Below, piece after piece: positions 28,570 to 38,934 of a DNA stretch of 64,000 bases (position 1 is its first letter; the number at the start of each line of letters is the position of its first letter). The notes beneath the pieces were generated by a model that was not told the DNA's origin, ran no database searches, and saw nothing but the letters and a program-made list of their open reading frames with translations. A program made the translations under genes and the position numbers. This DNA comes from a bacterium. GTDB taxonomy: Bacteria > Patescibacteriota > Dojkabacteria > JAKAPS01 > JAJZLI01. The stretch covers positions 37,884 to 101,883 of the forward strand of contig DAIDGT010000001.1 in NCBI GenBank assembly GCA_027459825.1, in the 5' to 3' direction.

Positions 28570-29826
28570 TCACCTTTTGTTTTTATCAATCTTTAAAAGA
28601 TCTCTACTTTCAAAAGCATCAAAGAACCAATCGAATAAAATTTTAATTTTTGATCCTTTCCCAAACATCATTGAAAGATAAAAAAACTTCCATAATACCC
28701 AAGCGGTAAACCCCAAAAACAGCATACTCCCAACTTCCGAAGCAGCATTAAATCTTCCAAGTGATAATAGAAAACCTTTTAGACTATTCCTATATTTCAC
28801 AAGAGGTTTTCCTTCTATACTTTGTAATATATTGTAAGCACATACCTTAGCCTCATCAATTGCAACCTGAGCAAGCTGAGGAACTGGATGATCTTTTATG
28901 TCAGAAACATCTCCAATTGCAAAGATATGCGCATATCCTTCCAAATTCAAATAATCAGTAACAGTGATACGTTTAGTGATATCAAAACTAGGTAAATTCA
29001 TCTCTGGAGTATTCGGTAAAACGCCTCCCGCCCAGATCAATAGATCAAAATGTGCACTCTCACCACTCTTTAAAACTAAGGTTGCCTCCTCAACTTTTTG
29101 CACAGCAGCATCTAACCTTAGAGATATCCTTCCTTTTTTAAAAGCATTCTTTACTGATTTCTTGAGAACATCAGGAAATCCATTAAGAAAGTTCTCAGTT
29201 GCATTAAAAATTGAAATTTTTATATTTTCTTTTTTTATACTTTTATATAAAGGGGCTAAATTGTCAGTTAAATCAGATAATTCAGTTGCAATCTCTATTC
29301 CTGTTGGACCACCACCAACAACAATAATTGAAATTTCACTATCAGATGAGCTTTCCTCCCTACCTTCAAATAAAGCAATAACCTTATTTTTCAATTCTGC
29401 GGCATCGTCTATTGTTTTTAAAGGATATGAGTATTCTTTTGCTCCCTCTATACCTCTATAGTTAGTCGATGCCCCAGTTGCAATTACAAGGTAATCAAAA
29501 TTTATACTCGTATGTTCTAATTTTACTATTCTGGCATTTACATCAATAGATACAACTTTATCAAGTATAAAATCACCCACACAACAGTTTATATTTTCTC
29601 TAATTGGAGAAATAATATCCTCAGGCCTTAGTAAACCTGATGCAACTTCATGTAACAATGGTGTAAATTGGAAGTAATTCACATCAGATACCATATAAAA
29701 AGATACTCCAAAGCCATGAACAAGCTTATGTAAATACTGATAGACATTAACTCCAGCAAAGCCAGACCCCAGTATAACTACTTTAATATTAGAATCTTTG
29801 TGCACCTTTTGATTTTTTTTCTTCAT
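28570..29826 (-). CDS. ndh: Type II NADH:quinone oxidoreductase (NDH-2 family)
   Basis: VVILGSGFAG, FTPLLHEVASG, DYLVIATG, VVGGGPTGIEIATEL, IFAIGD, PQLAQVA. Confidence 0.88.
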   Translation of the reverse strand: MKKKNQKVHKDSNIKVVILGSGFAGVNVYQYLHKLVHGFGVSFYMVSDVNYFQFTPLLHEVASGLLRPEDIISPIRENINCCVGDFILDKVVSIDVNARIVKLEHTSINFDYLVIATGASTNYRGIEGAKEYSYPLKTIDDAAELKNKVIALFEGREESSSDSEISIIVVGGGPTGIEIATELSDLTDNLAPLYKSIKKENIKISIFNATENFLNGFPDVLKKSVKNAFKKGRISLRLDAAVQKVEEATLVLKSGESAHFDLLIWAGGVLPNTPEMNLPSFDITKRITVTDYLNLEGYAHIFAIGDVSDIKDHPVPQLAQVAIDEAKVCAYNILQSIEGKPLVKYRNSLKGFLLSLGRFNAASEVGSMLFLGFTAWVLWKFFYLSMMFGKGSKIKILFDWFFDAFESRDLLKIDKNKR

Positions 29827-30568
29827 ATGCTTTAATATCTGCAGCCTTTAAAGTTTCATCTAAACTATGATTATGAACAGATGAGAGGGCATACCCCCTT
29901 GAAAAACTAACAGGAGTATTCATGTGTACTAAATTTTTATTAATTGCTTCATTGATTCTTTCTGCTATACCTGCAAGTCCATGTTCTCCATCCTCAGTAA
30001 AATCTCCTCCATCATCTCTAACCAAATCCCTTACAATTACACAAAATTCATCTCCACCCATTCTAACACAATAGTCATATGGACGAGTTTGCTCTTTGAT
30101 AACTTTAATAGCATCAGAAAACGCTTTTATATATGCATCACCCTCTGCATGTCCTAAAGTATCATTAACCTTTTTGAGTCCATCTAAATCAAAGAACATA
30201 ACACCAAAAGGAAACCCCACACGAGAAAGATTCTCCAGTAAACCTTTTTGAGCTTTAAGATATCCCCTATTATATGCTCCTGTCAGTTCATCAAGTCTAG
30301 ATTTTTCAATTTCTTCACTCTGCTTCGCAATCTCATCCTCCTGCATTGCAATTCTATGGTCTTTAGAAGCCAACTCTTCCTCCTGAAGAGCAATAATTGC
30401 ATCTTTTTTTGCAATTAGTGAAGTTAACTCATCAAGTCTTGCCTGCATAGACTCAACTAAACCAATTTCACCCCCAGACTGAGTTAGCCTCCTCAAATCA
30501 CTTCTAGTAACATTTAACTCTTGAAAAATATTTGCCTCACCCTTGGTATCCTCTGTTTCAGAAAACAT
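29789..30568 (-). CDS. Diguanylate cyclase (coiled coil + GGDEF)
   Basis: DELTGAYNR, FDLDGLKKVNDTLGHAEGD, RxxD I-site (RPYD) followed by RMGGDEF, ADIKAYEEK. Extended -10 (TGtTATAAT) 6 nt before the ATG. Confidence 0.92.
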   Translation of the reverse strand: MFSETEDTKGEANIFQELNVTRSDLRRLTQSGGEIGLVESMQARLDELTSLIAKKDAIIALQEEELASKDHRIAMQEDEIAKQSEEIEKSRLDELTGAYNRGYLKAQKGLLENLSRVGFPFGVMFFDLDGLKKVNDTLGHAEGDAYIKAFSDAIKVIKEQTRPYDYCVRMGGDEFCVIVRDLVRDDGGDFTEDGEHGLAGIAERINEAINKNLVHMNTPVSFSRGYALSSVHNHSLDETLKAADIKAYEEKKSKGAQRF

Positions 30569-30657
30569 AAAAATATTATAACATCCTAATTTTCATAAAT
30601 AAATTCAACATAAGAAACACCTTGTTTTTGAAAGATATTAACTATAATATGTATATT

Positions 30658-31890
30658 ATGGAGCAGTATAATTACGAAATAACCAACCCAAACGGAAAGA
30701 TAGAAAAAGGTACAATATCCGCATCAACAAGAGAGGAAGCATACAAAATACTTCATGACCAAGGAAATACTGTTTTAAATATAGAAGTTACAAAAGGAAC
30801 AAAAACTGCGTCCAAAGGCACAAAAGTAAATACACTAGAATTAATAATATTTTTCGACCACATGCAAAAAATGATAGACGCAGGGTTATCTCTTTCAGAT
30901 ACCCTAACTGCATTAGTTGATGATGCACAGACCCCATCATTTAAGAATGTAATAATGGAGTTAAAACATGAAGTTGAAACAGGGAACAAACTATCTATAG
31001 GACTTCAAAAGTATCCTAAAACATTTTCACATGTAGTTACAAAAATGATAGAAGTTGGAGAGACAAGCGGAACATTATCAGAAAGTGCAAAAATGGTAAA
31101 AGATGACCTACAAAAAAGTTATGATTTAAAGAAAAAAGTTAGAGGAGCGATGCTTTACCCATTAATCATTGGATCAGTCATGCTTATTGTAGGCATTGGC
31201 CTTGTTATATTTGTATTTCCTCAACTAGGAACTATATTTGCAACATCAGGACTCAAACTCCCCCTACCAACTCGTATAATGCTTGGAATATCAAAATTAC
31301 TTACCACAAAAGCATACATAGGTGTACCATCACTTATAGCAATTATTATAATAGTCAAGTTATTAATAGCAAAACCATATTTCAAGCTTTTATGGAACAG
31401 AATGTCAATTAGATTACCCATACTTGGGCCAATTATAAGAAATATAAGTATTGCAACATTTTCAAGAACTTTTGGACATCTAATACAAAGCGGAATACAA
31501 ATTAATCAAGCAGTAGAAATTACAAAAGATTCAATGACAAATGAAGAATACAAAATGGTAATTGAAGAATTATCAAAAGAAATTCAAAAGGGAGCACCTA
31601 TATCATCAACACTAGAAAAGTATCCGAAGCTTTTCCCTCCCATCTCTGTACGTATGATAGCCGTAGGAGACAAGACAGGAAACACTGCAGAAATGCTAAA
31701 TTCAGTTGCGGTTTTTTACCAGACACAAGTAGACGATACTTTAGATAACCTTTCTACCATAATTGAACCAATAATGCTTTTCATAATGGGTGGAGGAGTA
31801 TTGCTGATTGCTCTATCCGTAATAATGCCAATTTATCAAATGACTGGATCTATAAATGCAAACACTGGATCGACACAAACTGGGGGATAA
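30658..31890 (+). CDS. pilC: Type IV pilus platform protein PilC/GspF; likely start 30658
   Basis: MIDAGLSL, MIEVGETSGTL, AMLYP, LPLPTRIM, MIAVGDKTG, IIEPIM...PIY. Confidence 0.93.
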   Translation: MEQYNYEITNPNGKIEKGTISASTREEAYKILHDQGNTVLNIEVTKGTKTASKGTKVNTLELIIFFDHMQKMIDAGLSLSDTLTALVDDAQTPSFKNVIMELKHEVETGNKLSIGLQKYPKTFSHVVTKMIEVGETSGTLSESAKMVKDDLQKSYDLKKKVRGAMLYPLIIGSVMLIVGIGLVIFVFPQLGTIFATSGLKLPLPTRIMLGISKLLTTKAYIGVPSLIAIIIIVKLLIAKPYFKLLWNRMSIRLPILGPIIRNISIATFSRTFGHLIQSGIQINQAVEITKDSMTNEEYKMVIEELSKEIQKGAPISSTLEKYPKLFPPISVRMIAVGDKTGNTAEMLNSVAVFYQTQVDDTLDNLSTIIEPIMLFIMGGGVLLIALSVIMPIYQMTGSINANTGSTQTGG

Positions 31891-31894
31891 AAAT

Positions 31895-32341
31895 ATGAAA
31901 GAAGGATTTACTCTTATAGAAATAATACTTGCAATAACTATAGTTGCAATATTAATGCTAGGAGCATTTTTTTCCTATGTGACATTATATTCTCATTCAA
32001 ATGTAGCCAGCGGAATACAAATAGTTGAATATGCGGTAAAACAAGCACAAGATGATGCAATTGATGAATATAAAGGATACTCTGAATATGGAGTATACTT
32101 TGATAACAATACTGTGACAATATTTCCCGGAACAACATACACTCAAGGATCTTCAACAAATGTAGTATATGCATTACCTTTTGCAATAGAAATTACAAAT
32201 ATAAATCCCACAGACCATAATCCAATAATATTTGACGGGGTTAATGGTCAATTAGGAAATGATGGATTATCAGTAACAATAGGAAATTCAAACTTTGTAA
32301 ATACTATAAGTATAAACCAAAATGGAGCAATCTCTCAATAA
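31895..32341 (+). CDS. Type IV (minor) pilin
   Basis: Class III signal G|FTLIEIILAITIVAIL; likely start ATG 31895. Confidence 0.85.
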   Translation: MKEGFTLIEIILAITIVAILMLGAFFSYVTLYSHSNVASGIQIVEYAVKQAQDDAIDEYKGYSEYGVYFDNNTVTIFPGTTYTQGSSTNVVYALPFAIEITNINPTDHNPIIFDGVNGQLGNDGLSVTIGNSNFVNTISINQNGAISQ

Positions 32342-32819
32342 CAATAAAGGACAAGTCCTTATAGACTTGATACTAGCAGTCATGGTACTAGGTATTATAA
32401 GCGTAATAGCATTAAACTTATTATCTTCCCTATCAAAGTCAATAGAGATAGCAAAACAAAAGCTTGAGGCCAAATACTTACTACAACAAGAAATGGAGAG
32501 CTTATATGCTATAGAATACCAATCTTGGTCATACTTACAAAATGGAGAATACTATTTATCATATAATTCAGTAAATAATCCCCCATCACAAATCCAAGGA
32601 TGGTATTTAACCTTGGGGTCTCAAACATATAATGAATATACAGAATATATAACAATCTCCCCTGCCTATAGACAAGATGCAAATACACTAACAACAGATT
32701 CTTCCTACCCCAATGATACAAATACAAAAGAGGTAACAGCAACAGTATCATTTAAATCATTTGGAAAAACATATACATACAATGACAGTGAATACTTTAC
32801 TAATTGGCAACAATTTTAA
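32322..32819 (+). CDS. Minor pilin (PilV-like)
   Basis: KG|QVLIDLILAVMVLGII (Asp at position +5); C-terminal KEVTATVSF strand. Confidence 0.7.
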   Translation: MEQSLNNNKGQVLIDLILAVMVLGIISVIALNLLSSLSKSIEIAKQKLEAKYLLQQEMESLYAIEYQSWSYLQNGEYYLSYNSVNNPPSQIQGWYLTLGSQTYNEYTEYITISPAYRQDANTLTTDSSYPNDTNTKEVTATVSFKSFGKTYTYNDSEYFTNWQQF

Positions 32820-33313
32820 TGAGAAATATTGAAGGATATACATTAATAGAAATTATAATTTACATAGCAATACTTTCTGTTGTTCTTGTTATTATAACAA
32901 TAATTATTATAATGATACTCCAAACACAAAATAAAATTATCACAATAGCAAATGCAAATGAAACAACAAGAATAGCCCTTAAAGAGATAACTCAAAATAT
33001 TGAAGATGGATATCAGGTAGAATCTCCAAACCCAGGGTCAACACAATCAGATAAATTAACGGTAGAAACTGACTCCACTGGAGATACCATAAGTTTCTAC
33101 ACTCAAAATGGAATTATTTACTCAAAATACAATGACAATACCCCAATACAAGTATCTTCTTCAAATATTTTTACGTATAATCTGTCCTTTCAGGAAGAAG
33201 CAAACACGGGGATGTCTCCTACTATATTTATAACACTTACAGAGAAAAATGTAGGTTCTACGGGACAACAAACATCAAAAACATATGAAACTACTGCAAC
33301 ACAAAGGAGATAA
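32819..33313 (+). CDS. Minor pilin (PilW-like)
   Basis: EG|YTLIEIIIYIAILSVV; TAATG coupling with the upstream gene. Confidence 0.8.
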   Translation: MRNIEGYTLIEIIIYIAILSVVLVIITIIIIMILQTQNKIITIANANETTRIALKEITQNIEDGYQVESPNPGSTQSDKLTVETDSTGDTISFYTQNGIIYSKYNDNTPIQVSSSNIFTYNLSFQEEANTGMSPTIFITLTEKNVGSTGQQTSKTYETTATQRR

Positions 33314-34703
33314 CAACAAAGGTCAAACAGCTATAATTGCAGCTGTAATAATTATGGCAATAATGCTTACTGCCATAACAACAATAGGTTATGTAGTATT
33401 AGGAGAATATAAACTATCTCAAAATGACGTTCTTGCATCTCAAACAAGATATTTTGCAGAATCTGGAATAGAAAATGCTCTCTTACAAATAGGTCAAAAT
33501 TCTTCCTACACTGGAGGATCATTTGTATCTCCAATTAATTCTCAAATAAACGGAACAGACAGTGTAACAGTCTCATATAATACTACAGACAATCCAGAAC
33601 AGGCTACAATTACCTCAGATGCAACAGTATATCAACAAGGAACATCAAATGTATTGTACACAAAGACAATACAAGTTGTTGCATCTTTGGGAACAATTCC
33701 ACAAATAGATAATTATGCTATTTTTGCAAACAACTATATATATGGAACACAATTTACAATAAACGGAGATGTGCAATCAAACAATTTACTTTATCTCCAA
33801 AACGGAACAATAAATGCACAAAATATCAATGCAGTAGGTCAAGGAGGAGGAGCATTTAATAATATTGATGGTATGACAATAAATAATAATGGAGGAGTGG
33901 TAAATCTTAATGGAAATTATATATTATCTTTCATCAATGATACTAATATAACAGGAGAATTAGGATGTGGAACAGCATTTTGGGGAGGATCATCTTGCAT
34001 AGTCACAAACAGCACAATAGGAAGCCAATCACAAGTTAGCGCACCACCACCAATTACACTACCAACTTTTGATACATCAACATGGGAAACATATGCACAA
34101 AACCATGGCACATTCTTTAGTAGTACACCCTCATTTTATGCATACCTTGAAAATTATTCATCCATATCAGATGGAATTGATACACTATCACCCCCAGCAG
34201 GGGTATATTACATAGATGCAAATATAAATGAACAGACACTTCCTTCACAGGACAGTCAAGGGAACTATATAACATATAATTTTACGGGATCCACAATAAT
34301 AACTAAGGTCGCTTTCGGAATAACTGCAGGATATATACAAACCTCTCCATTCTTAGATAGTAGTACAGGAAAATACCTACCCGCAATAGTTACAGGAAAA
34401 CAAGGAATAGACATGGATCAACCAGGAGGAAACACAAATACACAAATCAACATTACAGGAATAATCTACTCTTTAGGACAGATATCAATTGGAGGGGTAG
34501 ATAATTATGTACAAAATTTTACAGGCACAGTAACCATAAATGGAGCCTTATGGTCAGGAAATGCAGTAACAATTAATGAAGCTGACGATGCACAATCAGC
34601 CCAACAAACAATATCTCTTGATTCAAATATAGTTAACAATACTGAAGGCTTTAACACAACACAAACGTCAACCCAAATAATATCCTGGAATGAAATTAAC
34701 TAA
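33285..34703 (+). CDS. PilX-like minor pilin with large beta-rich C-terminal domain
   Basis: KG|QTAIIAAVII (no Glu5), FAESGIENAL (PilX N-terminal motif), ends IISWNEIN. Confidence 0.75.
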   Translation: MKLLQHKGDNNKGQTAIIAAVIIMAIMLTAITTIGYVVLGEYKLSQNDVLASQTRYFAESGIENALLQIGQNSSYTGGSFVSPINSQINGTDSVTVSYNTTDNPEQATITSDATVYQQGTSNVLYTKTIQVVASLGTIPQIDNYAIFANNYIYGTQFTINGDVQSNNLLYLQNGTINAQNINAVGQGGGAFNNIDGMTINNNGGVVNLNGNYILSFINDTNITGELGCGTAFWGGSSCIVTNSTIGSQSQVSAPPPITLPTFDTSTWETYAQNHGTFFSSTPSFYAYLENYSSISDGIDTLSPPAGVYYIDANINEQTLPSQDSQGNYITYNFTGSTIITKVAFGITAGYIQTSPFLDSSTGKYLPAIVTGKQGIDMDQPGGNTNTQINITGIIYSLGQISIGGVDNYVQNFTGTVTINGALWSGNAVTINEADDAQSAQQTISLDSNIVNNTEGFNTTQTSTQIISWNEIN

Positions 34704-34734
34704 CAACTTTACTTGAAATTATTTTAAGTATAAT

Positions 34735-37700
34735 ATGTATTACATGTTACGCAAGAGTAGGATCAGTTTTGATATTTTAAAAAAATTTTTCATTTCAAAA
34801 GTCAAAATATCGAGAAATAAGCTTAATAAATTTATAGTAATAGCTATACTTATCGGTGTATTAATAGGCATATATACTATTGCAAGTGGTATATTTACAA
34901 AAATATTCGCAACCTCACAGGGATCAATCACATACAATAGTGCATCACAATTTAGTAATGGAACTCTTACATCTACCCAGATTAATGGATCTTCTGTTGA
35001 ATTAGGACCAGGAAATGGAGGTTATGACAATACAAGTTACTTCTCCCAAATCACTTTAGATAACACAACTCCATATGCAACAATGTCTGATTATATAATC
35101 TCACTAAGTGTAAATACTCAAAGTCTAATATCTAACGGATACATGCAATCTACCTGTAACGATATAAGATTCCTTGATTCTGATAATAGTACACCTCTTA
35201 ACTACAACATAATATCAGGATGTAACAGTACAAACACAATAATATATGTAGAAATTCCTGAGTCAATAGCATCAAGTTCGTCAAAAACTATATATATGTA
35301 CTATGGAAATTCATCTCTCGCATCTGGAGCAGATATATCTCTACCGCCAGGGGATCCAACATTAGAAGCAGACTCTTTACATGAAATAGATCAACCCCAA
35401 GTACTACCTTATGCCTTTTATGACCCATCTACGAGTATATATACATATTTTGTAGTAGCAAATGGGACACCAACATATACAGGAGGAACAAGCGTATCTA
35501 TAACAGCAGTACATCCAGGATCTGCAGCATATGATTATTACTATGTAACATCTTCTTCAGAGCTAACAACCCTTAATGGAGTCAGTAGTTTTGTATATAG
35601 AGAAGCCACAGTATTTCAAGCAAACACATGGTGGTCTTCTCAAACAGTATTATCAATTCCAACAGGATACAGTCAAGTTATGGCTATGGGAGTAACTGAA
35701 GATTTGGGAATTTCTTTATGGGAGACAATAGTCGATAGTAACACTTATGGATATTCTGCAAATGTTTCTATGCATGAAACACTTACGGATATAAGTCCAA
35801 CAACTACTCACTCAGTTAAAGTTACATATTCATCAGGTTGCTGCGGAATTGAATTTGCATTTGCAGCAGCATATTATGAACCAACAATAACTATAGGAGC
35901 ACAACAAAATGCCTTTGCCACGACAGGAACATGGATATCACCTGCAATAAATACAATATGGAATGGTGGTTGGGGCGATGGGTCTACTACCACAAGCACT
36001 GCTTTTACTGCTACTGTTGCCAACACATCTTCTTCTCAAACTGTAGACGTGAAGATTAGATCAGCTTCTTCTTCCTCTGCCCTCTCCTCTGCTACATACT
36101 ATGATCTAGGTACCATATCTTCTGGAACTTCATTCTCTGTTGACCAATCTACATTCACGTCTCTTGGTGTTCCCGCCGATCAATATATTCAAATAGAATT
36201 GACTCTTAGTCAATCTGACTATGCTACTCCTTCTTTGAGTAGCTTCACAATATACTACGCTCAGGACAATACTCCTCCTGAGACAAACGCATCTAACATT
36301 GCTATGCAAACTCAAGCTTCTGGGGGACTAAACATTCCTGCTTCGGGATGGGACAACTCTTCTACTCCATACTTCTCATGGAATGCAGGATATGATTCTC
36401 AATCTGGTATCAAGGGATACTGCCTATACATAGGAACAAGTTCTTCTGGAAACCCTGCAACTTCTGAAGGATTACTAGGAACTTCCCCTGTTACAATACA
36501 AAATGGAGTTTGTCAGTTTGTAGTATCTACAAATTATGTTGATTTATCAAATCTATCTTACCAAGGATCTACATGGTTAACTTCATCTACTTCACCTTAC
36601 TACCTTAATGTATCTGCTATTGATAATATGAACAATGTTGATACATCTCCTGTTTCTTTTGAATTCTACTTTGACAATACTCCTCCTTTAAATGTCGCAT
36701 ACATATCATGTCCTAATGAAAACTTCTCCAATGTGTCTGACATGTCTTTTGCTTGGCCATCATCTGGAACAGACTCTTCATCTGATGCTATCTCTGGTGT
36801 ACTAGGGTGGCAATATCAAATTAACTCTACATCTGGTACATGGAAGGGTACTAATACTGATTCAACTCTTGGGATAACATACATTCCATACACATCATCA
36901 TCATACAAACTAACAGACGCTCAGGATGGATCATCAATATCTCCAGGACAGAATATTGTGTACTTCAGAACTGTTAATAACTCAGGAGTTGCATCCATAT
37001 CTTCTACATACAGAACATGTAACCTTGATTATCAGGGAGCTGCCCCTGTCTTTGCTTCAGGATCTAGTGTAACAGTATTACCTTCTACATCTACAACTAA
37101 CAGTTTTGCTATCTCATGGCCTACTGCTACTGCAACATCTGGACAAAGTGTAGCTCACTACTACTACATGATTAATACTCCTCCACCTTCTCTGTTATCT
37201 ACCTTGCAAGATAACCCTGGAACATATATTGACAACGGAGATAGCACTTCTATCCCTACAACAGCACTCGCTAACGTTGGAAAGGGTGTTAATACAATAT
37301 ATGTGGTTGCTATTGATAACAGTAATCCTCCAAATTACTCTCCTTCAAACGACATTACAGGATCATTTACTCTAAACTCAACAAACCCTGATCCTGTTGG
37401 GAATTTGATTGCTACAGACTCATCTATTAAAGCACAACAAAAGTGGAATGTTACTCTAACATGGACAGCTCCTGCTTATCAAGGTGCAGGAAATCTACAA
37501 TACCTGATATACAGATCTTCAAACAATGTGAACTTTTCTAATGTTGGTTCAACTACAGGATTATCATACGTTGATAATACTCCACTGTCTGCTCTGTACT
37601 ACTACTATGTTGTTGCAGAGGATGGTGCTAGAGCTATGAGTTCTAACTCCCTTACCGTATCAATTACCCCTACAGGAAGGTACACCACTCCCGCAAATTT

Positions 37701-38925
37701 GGAGACTGGACCTACCGTCACTGCAATATCAGATAACTCTGCCACAATATCGTGGTCTACTGACAGAAACTCTGATTCAAAGATCGAATATGGAACATCT
37801 TCTGGAACATATTACACTACAGAACCTTATGTACCTGCGCAGGTAACAGCTCATGTGATAGTGCTAACTAACCTGTCACCTTCAACAACCTACTATTACA
37901 AGGCATTATGGACAGATACTGATGGTAATACAGGATCATCAACAGAGAGTACATTCACTACAAATCCTCCGCCTGAGGTTAGTAATGTATCGGTTAACAA
38001 TGTAGGATTACATAGCGCATACATTTCATTCGCAATTTCAAATGCTGTACAGGCTCAGATTCAATATGGAACTACTAACTCTTTCGGCGGAAATGTTATA
38101 GTTGATACTTCACCAAATGAAAGTCCATATTCAGTACCTCTCACAAACCTTGCTTCAGGTACTAGGTACTACTACAGGGTAGTTATGTCAGATCCTAGTG
38201 GAGAAAGTTTTAATAGTGATACATATGATAATCTGATAACTCTACCACAACCAACAATTTCCAATATAGAAATTGATGCTATAGCAAACTCACCAGAACC
38301 AGGAGTCCTAATACAATGGAATACAAATACAGCAATGTCATCTGTAATATCGTATTGGCAAGGAAACAATACTGGCAATCCAACAGTAATTGCAAATACA
38401 AAATTAACCACAGGCAAACACCAAGTAGCAATAACACCACTTAATGCAAAAACAGTCTATAGCTTAATAATAAAAGGAGATGATGCTTATGGAAACCAGG
38501 CAGTATCGGATACACAAACCTTTACATCTGCTACAGATACAGTTCCTCCAACCATAACCAATATAACTGTACAAAGTCAAATTATGTCAGGGGCATCCGG
38601 AAACAAATCACAAATTATCGTGTCATGGACTACTGATAAACCTGCTACTTCTCAAGTTGAATTTAATCAGGGAGCTGGAGGAACATATTCACAGAAAAGT
38701 TCTGAAGATAGTCACTATGTACTAAATCACATCGTAGTCATATCAAACCTACCTACTTCTACTGTATATCACCTTAAAGCTATATCTAATGACGAAAGTG
38801 GAAATACTGGATACTCCTCTGATAATATTACTATTACTCCTCAGGCTACCGAAAGTGCTCTAAACCTGGTACTTGGTAATCTTGAGCAAGTTTTTGGATT
38901 TTTAGGGAATTTAAATGTGCCATAA
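34735..38925 (+). CDS. Giant S/T-rich surface protein A: signal/TM, DUF2341-like head, multiple FN3/Ig-like repeats, conserved C-tail
   Basis: N-terminal hydrophobic segment ending IFA|TSQ; CNDIRFLDSD...IYMYYGN (DUF2341-like); SATISWSTDRNSDSKIEYG...LTNLSPSTTYYY (FN3-like). Start may be 34744. Confidence 0.8.
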   Translation: MYYMLRKSRISFDILKKFFISKVKISRNKLNKFIVIAILIGVLIGIYTIASGIFTKIFATSQGSITYNSASQFSNGTLTSTQINGSSVELGPGNGGYDNTSYFSQITLDNTTPYATMSDYIISLSVNTQSLISNGYMQSTCNDIRFLDSDNSTPLNYNIISGCNSTNTIIYVEIPESIASSSSKTIYMYYGNSSLASGADISLPPGDPTLEADSLHEIDQPQVLPYAFYDPSTSIYTYFVVANGTPTYTGGTSVSITAVHPGSAAYDYYYVTSSSELTTLNGVSSFVYREATVFQANTWWSSQTVLSIPTGYSQVMAMGVTEDLGISLWETIVDSNTYGYSANVSMHETLTDISPTTTHSVKVTYSSGCCGIEFAFAAAYYEPTITIGAQQNAFATTGTWISPAINTIWNGGWGDGSTTTSTAFTATVANTSSSQTVDVKIRSASSSSALSSATYYDLGTISSGTSFSVDQSTFTSLGVPADQYIQIELTLSQSDYATPSLSSFTIYYAQDNTPPETNASNIAMQTQASGGLNIPASGWDNSSTPYFSWNAGYDSQSGIKGYCLYIGTSSSGNPATSEGLLGTSPVTIQNGVCQFVVSTNYVDLSNLSYQGSTWLTSSTSPYYLNVSAIDNMNNVDTSPVSFEFYFDNTPPLNVAYISCPNENFSNVSDMSFAWPSSGTDSSSDAISGVLGWQYQINSTSGTWKGTNTDSTLGITYIPYTSSSYKLTDAQDGSSISPGQNIVYFRTVNNSGVASISSTYRTCNLDYQGAAPVFASGSSVTVLPSTSTTNSFAISWPTATATSGQSVAHYYYMINTPPPSLLSTLQDNPGTYIDNGDSTSIPTTALANVGKGVNTIYVVAIDNSNPPNYSPSNDITGSFTLNSTNPDPVGNLIATDSSIKAQQKWNVTLTWTAPAYQGAGNLQYLIYRSSNNVNFSNVGSTTGLSYVDNTPLSALYYYYVVAEDGARAMSSNSLTVSITPTGRYTTPANLETGPTVTAISDNSATISWSTDRNSDSKIEYGTSSGTYYTTEPYVPAQVTAHVIVLTNLSPSTTYYYKALWTDTDGNTGSSTESTFTTNPPPEVSNVSVNNVGLHSAYISFAISNAVQAQIQYGTTNSFGGNVIVDTSPNESPYSVPLTNLASGTRYYYRVVMSDPSGESFNSDTYDNLITLPQPTISNIEIDAIANSPEPGVLIQWNTNTAMSSVISYWQGNNTGNPTVIANTKLTTGKHQVAITPLNAKTVYSLIIKGDDAYGNQAVSDTQTFTSATDTVPPTITNITVQSQIMSGASGNKSQIIVSWTTDKPATSQVEFNQGAGGTYSQKSSEDSHYVLNHIVVISNLPTSTVYHLKAISNDESGNTGYSSDNITITPQATESALNLVLGNLEQVFGFLGNLNVP
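38818..38919 (+). repeat. 102-bp repeat, copy 1 (copy 2 at 43096..43197)
   Basis: Encodes SDNITITPQATESALNLVLGNLEQVFGFLGNLNV; 7 mismatches to copy 2, all synonymous (manual codon-by-codon comparison). Confidence 0.9.
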
Positions 38926-38934
38926 TTAGAGGAA

